Positions 25,962 to 32,000 of a DNA stretch of 32,000 bases are shown one piece after another. Made by a program: the position numbers and the translations under genes. The notes below the pieces were generated by a model, which worked only from the letters and a program-made list of their open reading frames with translations, searched no databases and had not been told where the DNA came from. Location of the stretch: assembly GCA_965247615.1 (NCBI GenBank), contig OZ252022.1:789233-821232 (forward strand), given 5' to 3'. Numbering within the stretch: the stretch's first letter is position 1; the number at the start of each line of letters is the position of its first letter. The DNA is from Dehalococcoidia bacterium. GTDB taxonomy: Bacteria > Chloroflexota > Dehalococcoidia > Lucifugimonadales > UBA1127.

Positions 25962-26230
25962 ACCCGCCCTCTCTGAAGTGGGCCGCCCCGGCTCCGCGCT
26001 CCATGAGAACAGCCCCCCCGTGAAGAGTCAAGCGTCCCCGTCCGCTGCGGGCAATCCAAAGCGCCAGTGACCCCGCGACCACCGCACCGCATGCCGTCGC
26101 GCCATCGATCCACCGCAGCGACATCGCGACCCCCCCACTGCCCGTCGCGGCAGCGACCCAGCCTCTAGGCAGTCCTGCAGCCCCATGATAGGATGCCCTG
26201 GCGCTCAGCCGCGGCGATCGGGGGACCACC

Positions 26231-27454
26231 ATGCCCGGACCACTGGAAGGCCTCACCGTCCTGGACCTCACCTGGGTCCTCTCCGGCCCCTACTGCACCA
26301 TGGTCCTCGCCGACCAGGGCGCCCAGGTCATCAAGGTCGAGCGCCCGGAGCTGGGCGACGCCTCCCGGGGCACCGGTCCCTTCGTCTCCCCCAACGGCCC
26401 CGTCCGCAGCCAGGCCGAAGGCATCAGCGCCTACTTCATGAGCATCAACCGCAACAAGCAGAGCATCACCCTCAACCTGGCCGTCCCACGCGGCCAGGAG
26501 CTCTTCCGCGACCTCGTCCGGCACGCCGACGTCGTCGTCGAAAACTACACCCCCGGCACCATGGCCAAGTGGGGCCTCGACTACGCGAGTCTCCAGGACG
26601 TCAACCCCCGACTCATCTACTGCGCCATCTCCGGCTTCGGGCAGACCGGCCCCTACGCCCAGCGCCCCGCCCTCGATATCATCGTCCAGGCCATGGGCGG
26701 CATCATGAGCATCACCGGCGAGCCCGGCCGCGGCCCCATGCGCGTCGGCGCCTCCGTCGGCGACATCATCGCCGGGCTCTTCGCCGCCGTCGGCATCTGC
26801 GCCGCCCTCCATGAGCGCGAGCGCTCCGGACGCGGCCAGATGCTGGACCTCAGCATGCTCGACTGCCAGGTTGCCACCCTAGAAAACGCCTTCGCCCGCT
26901 TCTTCGCCACCGGCGAGGTCCCCGGGCCCATCGGGACCCGCCACCCTTCCGCCACCCCCTTCCAGGCCTTCCCCACCAGCGACGGCTGGATCGTCGTCGC
27001 CATCTTCGGCGGCAACCCCGCACACTGGGCCCTCTTCTGCTCCGCCATCGATCGCCCCGACTTCATCGACGACGAGCGCTTCCAGACCGCCTGGGACCGC
27101 ACCCTCCATATCGACGTCCTCGAGCCCGCCATCAGCGAGGCCATGCGCCGCAAGACCACCGCCGAGTGGGAGGACGAGCTGATCGCCCTCGGCGTTCCCG
27201 CCGGCCCCGTCAAGAACGTGGCCCAGGTTGCGGAGGACCCCCAGGTGCAGGCGCGTCAGATGCTCACCGCCATCCCGGACTCGCGCCTCGGCACGTGGAA
27301 GCACGTCGGCACGCCCCTCCGCCTTTCCCGCACCCCGGGCGGCGTCGTCTCGGAGCCCCCGGACCTTGGCGTCCACACAACCGGCGTCCTGATGCGGCTC
27401 CTGGGCATGGACGAGGCCGAGGTTGACGCCCTGCGCCAGGACGGCGTTCTCTAG
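26231..27454 (+). CDS. Family III CoA-transferase (CaiB/BaiF type)
   Basis: PLEGLTVLDLTWVLSGPYCTMVLADQGAQVIKVERP is the canonical N-terminus, and the catalytic Asp region GDIIAG is present. Confidence 0.9.
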   Translation: MPGPLEGLTVLDLTWVLSGPYCTMVLADQGAQVIKVERPELGDASRGTGPFVSPNGPVRSQAEGISAYFMSINRNKQSITLNLAVPRGQELFRDLVRHADVVVENYTPGTMAKWGLDYASLQDVNPRLIYCAISGFGQTGPYAQRPALDIIVQAMGGIMSITGEPGRGPMRVGASVGDIIAGLFAAVGICAALHERERSGRGQMLDLSMLDCQVATLENAFARFFATGEVPGPIGTRHPSATPFQAFPTSDGWIVVAIFGGNPAHWALFCSAIDRPDFIDDERFQTAWDRTLHIDVLEPAISEAMRRKTTAEWEDELIALGVPAGPVKNVAQVAEDPQVQARQMLTAIPDSRLGTWKHVGTPLRLSRTPGGVVSEPPDLGVHTTGVLMRLLGMDEAEVDALRQDGVL

Positions 27455-27504
27455 CGGACCCCCGCGCTGCACCGCAAATCCAAGACCGCGCAGGAGTGAC
27501 CACC

Positions 27505-28317
27505 ATGGGTGAGCTGGACGGCAAGGCCGCCATCATCACTGGAGCCGGCAGGCTGAGGGGCATCGGCCGCGCCACCGCCGTCGCCCTGGCCACCATGGGG
27601 TGCAACGTCACCGTCACTGGCACCGGGCGTGACCCAAGCACCTTCCCCGACGACGAGCAGCGCGCCGGTTGGCGGGACATCCACAGCGTCGCCGAGCTCG
27701 TCGAGGCCCAGGGCAGGAGTGCCCTGCCCCTCGTCGTCGACGTCACCGACAGCGCGCAGGTCCAGGACATGGTCGACCGGACCCTCCAGGCCTTTGGCCG
27801 CGTCGACATCCTCGTCAACAACGCCGCCTATCCCCGCGGTCCGGACCGCGTCCCCGTCGTCGACCTGGACGAGCAGATCTTCCGCTACGTCATGGATATC
27901 AAGGTCGTCGGCACCTTCCTCTGCACCCGCGCCGCCGCCCCCGCCATGATCCGCCAGGGCGAAGGCGGCCGCATCGTCAACCTCTCCTCCACCGCCGGCA
28001 AGCGCGGCCCCGCCAACACCGCCGCCTATGCCGCCGCCAACGGCGCCGTCCAGCTCTTCACCCAGTCGTCTGCACAGGAGCTCGCGCCCTACGGCATCAC
28101 CGTCAACGCCGTCTGCCCCGGCGCCACCGACACCGCCCGCATGGACGTCCTCGGCCGCGGCGATACGTGGGCCGCCATCGAGCGCGGCATCCCCCTCGGC
28201 CGCGCTGCCACCGACGAGGAGGTCGCCCAGTTCATCGCCATCCTCTGCACAGACGCCTGCTTCCAGATCACCGGCCAGGCCCTCAACTTCAACGGCGGCA
28301 CCGTCATGGAGCACTGA
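27505..28317 (+). CDS. Short-chain dehydrogenase/reductase (SDR)
   Basis: The cofactor motif is ITGAGRLRGIGRA, with NNAA and a Y-x3-N variant (YAAAN) where the classical Y-x3-K would be. ATG 27505 has AGGAG 9 nt upstream. GTG 27496 is an alternative start. Confidence 0.85.
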   Translation: MGELDGKAAIITGAGRLRGIGRATAVALATMGCNVTVTGTGRDPSTFPDDEQRAGWRDIHSVAELVEAQGRSALPLVVDVTDSAQVQDMVDRTLQAFGRVDILVNNAAYPRGPDRVPVVDLDEQIFRYVMDIKVVGTFLCTRAAAPAMIRQGEGGRIVNLSSTAGKRGPANTAAYAAANGAVQLFTQSSAQELAPYGITVNAVCPGATDTARMDVLGRGDTWAAIERGIPLGRAATDEEVAQFIAILCTDACFQITGQALNFNGGTVMEH

Positions 28318-28373
28318 TGCGCCCAGGGGCCGATGGTCCTCCCCCCGCCCTCGTGAAGCGCCCGCGATACGGC

Positions 28374-28379
28374 TATAAT
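28374..28379 (+). promoter_or_regulatory. Perfect -10 hexamer TATAAT upstream of the DUF3090 gene
   Basis: Reads ggcTATAATgg, 45 nt before GTG 28424. The -35 (TCGTGA at 17 nt) is weak. Confidence 0.4.
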
Positions 28380-28423
28380 GGAGTTGCTTCACGCCAACTC
28401 CCATCGAATACAGGAAGGAAGCC

Positions 28424-28933
28424 GTGCCTCCTCGCCAAGAGCTAGGTCGAGCTATCAAGGTCGAAGCCGGCGCCCTCGGTCCCCCCGGCCAGCGGCGCTT
28501 CTACCTCTACGCCGAGGCTGAGGGCGGGACCGCCACCCTCTGGCTGGAGAAGGAGCAGCTCTTCAACCTCGCCATGACCGCCCAACGTGTCCTGGCGGCC
28601 CTCACGCAGCGCCAGGAATCCCCGCCCCCGCCACCCGCGGAAGACCTCGGAGCGCTCACCCTCGATTTCAGAGTCGCCCGCCTCTTCCTATCCCAAGAAG
28701 CCGAGGGCGGTCTCTTCCTCCTCGGCGCCCACGAGATCGCGGAGGAGCCCCCCGCCGACTCGCCCACCGCAACCATTGAGACCACTGCGGACCAGCTCAA
28801 GGTGTTCTCAGACCAGGCCCTCGAGGTGTGCGCCGCAGGTCGGCCCCCCTGCCCCCTCTGCGCCGCCCCAATGGACCCCGCAGGCCACGTCTGCGTCCGA
28901 AGCAACGGCCACTACGCCCGCGATACGCGCTAA
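28424..28933 (+). CDS. DUF3090 family protein (TIGR03847-like)
   Basis: GPPGQRRFYLYAEAEGGTATLWLEKEQL.. and the C-terminal CPLCAAPMDPAGHVCVRSNGH match the family signature. GTG start with GGAAGGAAG SD. Confidence 0.8.
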   Translation: MPPRQELGRAIKVEAGALGPPGQRRFYLYAEAEGGTATLWLEKEQLFNLAMTAQRVLAALTQRQESPPPPPAEDLGALTLDFRVARLFLSQEAEGGLFLLGAHEIAEEPPADSPTATIETTADQLKVFSDQALEVCAAGRPPCPLCAAPMDPAGHVCVRSNGHYARDTR

Positions 28934-29033
28934 CACGCCCGAACGCGGCGTGCGCCTCCGGTCCCCGCCGCCCGACCTCGCCGTAGGTGCGTCCCTTGTA
29001 GGAGCCCGACTCTGCCGTACCTGCCCGAAACCA

Positions 29034-29062
29034 TTGACAATCCGGCTTGTCATGGCTAATGT
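29034..29062 (+). promoter_or_regulatory. Near-consensus sigma70 promoter (TTGACA-N17-TAATGT) with an overlapping inverted repeat
   Basis: TTGACA at 29034-29039 and TAATGT at 29057-29062. The inverted repeat TGACAA-N6-TTGTCA overlaps the -35 and spacer. Confidence 0.55.
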
Positions 29063-29104
29063 CATCCTAAGCTTGCAGCTCATGCACGGGAAGAGGTTGT
29101 AGAT

Positions 29105-29248
29105 ATGGCTGAGGCATACTGCTTCAAGTGCCGCGAAAAGCGCGAGATCCAGAATCCCGCCCAGGTCACCCTGAAGAACGGCCGCCCCGCCACCCAGGGC
29201 GTCTGCCCCACCTGCGGGACCAAGGTCTTCCGCATCGGCAAGAGCTAG
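29105..29248 (+). CDS. DUF5679-type small zinc-ribbon protein (47 aa)
   Basis: Below the ORF-track cutoff. Product is MAEAYCFKCREKREIQNPAQVTLKNGRPATQGVCPTCGTKVFRIGKS*, with CxxC...CxxC and the conserved TLKNGRPA..G.CP.CGTKVFRIG core. Confidence 0.8.
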   Translation: MAEAYCFKCREKREIQNPAQVTLKNGRPATQGVCPTCGTKVFRIGKS

Positions 29249-29275
29249 ACCGCTTCCCTTCGTCCCTGGCCGGCC

Positions 29276-29965
29276 CTATGACGCAGCCCGGATGGGCAGC
29301 TTCCCCGCCACGCCCAAGCGGCTGATCAGGCCCTCCGGGTTTGCCCGCAGGACGATCGCCGCCTCTGCCAGCCCCAGCCCGGCGCCCCGCGCTATCTTCT
29401 CCGCCAGCGACTCTGTCAGAAGGTCCTCCGGCGCGTGCGCGTCCGAGTCCACCACCATGCGCGCCCCTACCGCCCTCCCGAGACTCGCCACGTGCCCGTT
29501 CGTCAGCGAGTGCCCTCGCCGCGCCGACAGCTCCAGCATCGTCCCACCCTCCGCCGCCAGCCGCGCCTCCTCTTCGCTTAGAAGACCCGGGTGCGCCAGC
29601 ACGTCCACCTCCGGGCTCTCCAGCGCCGCCCGGTTGGTCCCCTCCGCCACCGGCTCCACGATGCTCTCCCCGTGGCAAATCACAATCTGGGCCCCCAGGG
29701 ACCGCGCTCGCATTGCTGCCTCGTGGATCTTCGCCGGCGGCACGTGCGTCAGTTCCACCCCTGGAATGGCCAGGATCCCCATCTCCTCGGTCGCCATCTC
29801 GCACTCGCGCACCAGGATCTCGAGCACCCGCTCCTGGTCCCACAGCCCCACGTGGTCCGTCACGGCAATGGCGGTGTACCCCTTGACGCAGGCCCGCTGG
29901 ATGAGCTCCACCGGCGACAGGACGCCGTCGCTCAGGAACGTGTGCGTGTGAAAATCGTACAGCAT
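29276..29965 (-). CDS. PHP-domain metal-dependent phosphoesterase
   Basis: MLYDFHTHTFLSDG and AIAVTDHVG are PHP motifs I and II, with SDAHAPEDL late in the protein. GAGAGGAGAGG SD. Confidence 0.85.
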   Translation of the reverse strand: MLYDFHTHTFLSDGVLSPVELIQRACVKGYTAIAVTDHVGLWDQERVLEILVRECEMATEEMGILAIPGVELTHVPPAKIHEAAMRARSLGAQIVICHGESIVEPVAEGTNRAALESPEVDVLAHPGLLSEEEARLAAEGGTMLELSARRGHSLTNGHVASLGRAVGARMVVDSDAHAPEDLLTESLAEKIARGAGLGLAEAAIVLRANPEGLISRLGVAGKLPIRAAS

Positions 29966-30034
29966 CGGCCTCTCCTCTCAGTGTGCCGGTTCAAGCCTAC
30001 CACAGGAGGCTGGCTCTCACCCACGCCTGGGGCT

Positions 30035-30062
30035 TTGCCCGCGGCCCAGACCGGCGTATAGT
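30035..30062 (+). promoter_or_regulatory. Candidate promoter (TTGCCC-N16-TATAGT) for the DUF2203-rhodanese pair
   Basis: TTGCCC at 30035-30040 and TATAGT at 30057-30062, 36 nt upstream of ATG 30098. Confidence 0.45.
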
Positions 30063-30097
30063 AACCACGCAACGCCGATTCCGTCCCCTGGAGTCAC

Positions 30098-30502
30098 ATG
30101 GCCACCCGCCGCTTCTTCACCTTGGACCAGGCCCTTGAGCTCCTCCCCTGGCTGCGAAGCCAGTTCGCCGCCATTGCCGACTCCTCGGAGCGCCTCGCCG
30201 AGCTGCAACAGCAGATCGACGACCTCGCGCACCACCGCCAACGCAACGGCCACTCCAACCTCGGCAGCATCATGCACCAGAAGCGCCAGGAGGCACGCCA
30301 GATCACCGGCGACGTCCAGGCCGTCCTGACGACTATCGAGCGCCGCGGCATCCTCGTTCGCGACGTCAACCGCGGCCTCGTCGACTTCCCCGCCCGCCGT
30401 GAAGACGGCCAGGAGATCCACCTCTGCTGGCTCAAGAACGAGGACACCGTCGGCTTCTGGCACCTCCCCAACGCCGGCTTCGCCAGCCGCCAACCCATCT
30501 AG
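30098..30502 (+). CDS. DUF2203 domain protein
   Basis: RFFTLDQALELLPWL and GILVRDVNRGLVDFPARREDGQEIHLCWLKNEDTVGFWH match the DUF2203 pattern. Confidence 0.75.
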   Translation: MATRRFFTLDQALELLPWLRSQFAAIADSSERLAELQQQIDDLAHHRQRNGHSNLGSIMHQKRQEARQITGDVQAVLTTIERRGILVRDVNRGLVDFPARREDGQEIHLCWLKNEDTVGFWHLPNAGFASRQPI

Positions 30503-30555
30503 CCTGCAGCCCGCGCCGCCGCCGCCGACGGCAACCAGGAAAGAGAGGAGCACCC

Positions 30556-31395
30556 ATGACCGCCCCAACACAGGATCAGGGATACGCGCGCCCCGAGCTC
30601 TTGGTCGACACCGACTGGCTCCAGCAGCACCTCGACGACCCGAAGGTCCGCGTCATCGACTGCGACCCCATCGACGCATACCGCAGGGCCCACGTCCAGG
30701 GCGCCGTCGGACTACCCGTCCACCAGTTCCTCAAGGACTCCGCCGACTCCATCCACGTCATGCCCCCGGACCAGTTCGCCGCCCTCATGGGAAGGCTCGG
30801 CGTCGAAAACGACACCACCGTCGTCACCTACGACGCCGCCGGCAGCCTCCACGCCGCCCGCGTCTGGTGGGTCCTCAGCTACTACGGCCATCCCAACGTC
30901 CGGGTGCTCAACGGCGGCTGGCAAAAGTGGTTCGCAGAGGGCCGCCCCGCAAGCCTCCAGCCCGCCGCTGTTGCCCAGACCAGCTACACCCCCGCGGCCA
31001 ACCCGGACCTTCTCTGCACCCTGGACTACGCTAAGTCCTGTGTTGAACGAGAAGGCGTCGCCCTTCTCGACGTTCGCTCCGACGGCGAATGGACCGGCGA
31101 GAACGCCCGCGGCAACGCACACAGCGGCCACGTCCCCGGCGCCGTGCACCTGGAGTGGCTCAACTTCATGACCAGGGACGAACCCCGCGTATTCAAGCCC
31201 GCCAGCGAGCTCCGCGCCATGCTCGCCGAGGTGGGCGTCACCCCCGAACAAGAGGTCGTCACCTACTGACAGGGAGGCATCCGTGCGGCGCACGGCGTGT
31301 TTACCCTCAGCCTCCTCGGCTACGACCGCGTTCGCAACTACGACGGCTCCATGGGCGAGTGGGCCAACCGCGACGACACCCCACTGGTGAAGTGA
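30556..31395 (+). CDS. Two-domain rhodanese (thiosulfate/3-mercaptopyruvate sulfurtransferase family) with an in-frame TGA (31267-31269) at the catalytic Cys position; either a Sec-decoding candidate or a nonsense pseudogene
   Basis: The ORF track ends at ..EQEVVTY*. The same frame continues QGGIRAAHGVFTLSLLGYDRVRNYDGSMGEWANRDDTPLVK* to the TGA at 31393-31395. This restores the active-site loop [C]QGGIRA and the C-terminal NYDGSxxEW motif, for a typical total of about 279 aa. GAGAGGAG SD. Confidence 0.8.
31272..31316 (+). promoter_or_regulatory. Stem-loop immediately 3' of the in-frame TGA (candidate bacterial SECIS)
   Basis: Inner perfect hairpin CCGTGC-GGC-GCACGG at 31281-31295 starts 11 nt after the TGA. 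A possible outer helix pairs GGAGGC (31273-31278) with GCCTCC (31310-31315). Function is untested. Confidence 0.25.
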
Positions 31396-31435
31396 CCCGC
31401 CCCCAGCGGCTCATGGTGAGGCGCTCGGACCTAAT

Positions 31436-31576
31436 GTGCGGGGAGCTGGCTCTGGCCGTGGTATATCGAACTACTACCTGCGCGACCCGGAGTCGCCGCA
31501 AGAGTTGGCCTGGGTCGAGTCGGCTTCACTCGCCGCGCTGGCCGCGTACCCCTGGGACCCCGAGCCAGAGCAGTGA
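31436..31576 (+). CDS. Possible short or truncated antitoxin ORF overlapping mazF by GTGA
   Basis: This frame has no ATG; a GTG lies at 31436 without an SD. It reads ..ISNYYLRDPESPQELAWVESASLAALAAYPWDPEPEQ*. The stop TGA (31574-31576) overlaps the toxin GTG (31573-31575). Confidence 0.2.
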   Translation: MRGAGSGRGISNYYLRDPESPQELAWVESASLAALAAYPWDPEPEQ

Positions 31577-31890
31577 GACGGGGCGAGATCCCGTGGGCCG
31601 ACCTGCCCCGGCCCACGGGAAGGCGACCCGTAGTGTTGCTGTCTCGTGACCAGGCCTACGCCGTTCGGGAGTTCGTCATCGTCTCTCCGCGTACATCGCG
31701 CCGTGGAGGCCTGATAACCGAGGTTGAGCTAGGGCCTCAGGACGGACTGGCTAGACCCTCAGTCGTGAACCTTGACGTCATGAACACCGTGTCCAAGCAA
31801 CAGCTTCAGGAGCGGATTGTCGAGCTGAGTCCGGGGAAGCTCCGGTCCGTCGAGGCCGCGATCCATTTCGCCTTGGGCCTGGAAACCTAA
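31573..31890 (+). CDS. mazF: MazF/PemK-family type II toxin (mRNA interferase)
   Basis: RRGEIPWADLPRPTGRRPVVLLSRD, ..IVSPRTS.. and ..SVVNLDVMNTVSKQQLQERIVELSPGKLRSVEAAIHFALGL follow the PemK fold pattern. GTG start. Confidence 0.75.
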   Translation: MRRGEIPWADLPRPTGRRPVVLLSRDQAYAVREFVIVSPRTSRRGGLITEVELGPQDGLARPSVVNLDVMNTVSKQQLQERIVELSPGKLRSVEAAIHFALGLET

Positions 31891-31938
31891 CACGCCCCAG
31901 GCCCGGTCCCCACAAAGCCGTCGCCCCCCCTCCCCGCC

Positions 31939-32000
31939 TCAGCGCGCGGCGACCTCCGTGAGGCGACCCGTCGCGCAGTCGTAGATGAAGCCGCGCACCT
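31939..32000 (-). CDS. 3' end of a gene entering from the right edge (C-terminus resembles beta-carbonic anhydrase)
   Basis: The minus frame reads ..VRGFIYDCATGRLTEVAAR*. The pattern hGaaYDaxTGxL is typical of beta-carbonic anhydrase C-termini. Only 19 codons are visible. Confidence 0.25.
   Translation of the reverse strand, partial: VRGFIYDCATGRLTEVAAR

Noticed and set aside
25558-26271. 237-aa minus-strand ORF spanning the large divergent intergenic region
   Set aside because: It has an Arg/Ala/Gly-rich shadow-type composition. It overlaps the well-formed 65-codon ORF in another frame and the start of the CoA-transferase gene. No SD or motifs are present.

Overview
High-GC (by eye about 65-70%) bacterial chromosomal segment with strong GGAGG-type Shine-Dalgarno sites and several near-consensus sigma70 promoters. 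The gene content (DUF3090, DUF5679, DUF2203, LLM/F420 oxidoreductases, 'GRPY'-type hairpin repeats) fits Chloroflexota or Actinomycetota, but I cannot assign the taxon from sequence alone. Most of the window is metabolic. There is a hydrolase set at 0.3-5.7 kb (amidohydrolase, alpha/beta hydrolase, gluconolactonase-like, dienelactone hydrolase, BNR propeller). A minus-strand oxygenase cluster spans 11.2-19.2 kb: two LLM oxidoreductases, a VOC/epimerase, a bicupin and two tandem Rieske oxygenases. A meta-cleavage-like module spans 21.9-28.3 kb: a Gfo/Idh/MocA dehydrogenase, a LigB-type extradiol dioxygenase, a LigJ-type amidohydrolase, a family III CoA-transferase and an SDR. Accessory material interrupts this backbone. 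A visibly lower-GC stretch at about 5.9-11.1 kb carries only remnants of three mobile-element genes (serine recombinase C-terminus, IS21 IstA N-terminus, IS3 OrfB C-terminus) plus cargo: a PABS-like methyltransferase, a DUF5677-like protein and a PT-linker/PKD-like/HExxH lipoprotein. A DUF433/DUF5615 toxin-antitoxin pair sits inside the oxygenase cluster. A lower-GC solitary DNA methyltransferase lies at 19.5-20.4 kb, and a MazF toxin with no obvious full-length antitoxin lies at 31.6 kb. The most striking observation is a complete two-domain rhodanese reading frame (30556-31395) whose catalytic Cys codon is an in-frame TGA, followed 11 nt later by a perfect GC hairpin. This is either a selenocysteine rhodanese or a very recent nonsense mutation. 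No rRNA, intact tRNA or CRISPR array was seen. All family assignments come from reading the translated ORFs and recalling motifs; no database search was run.
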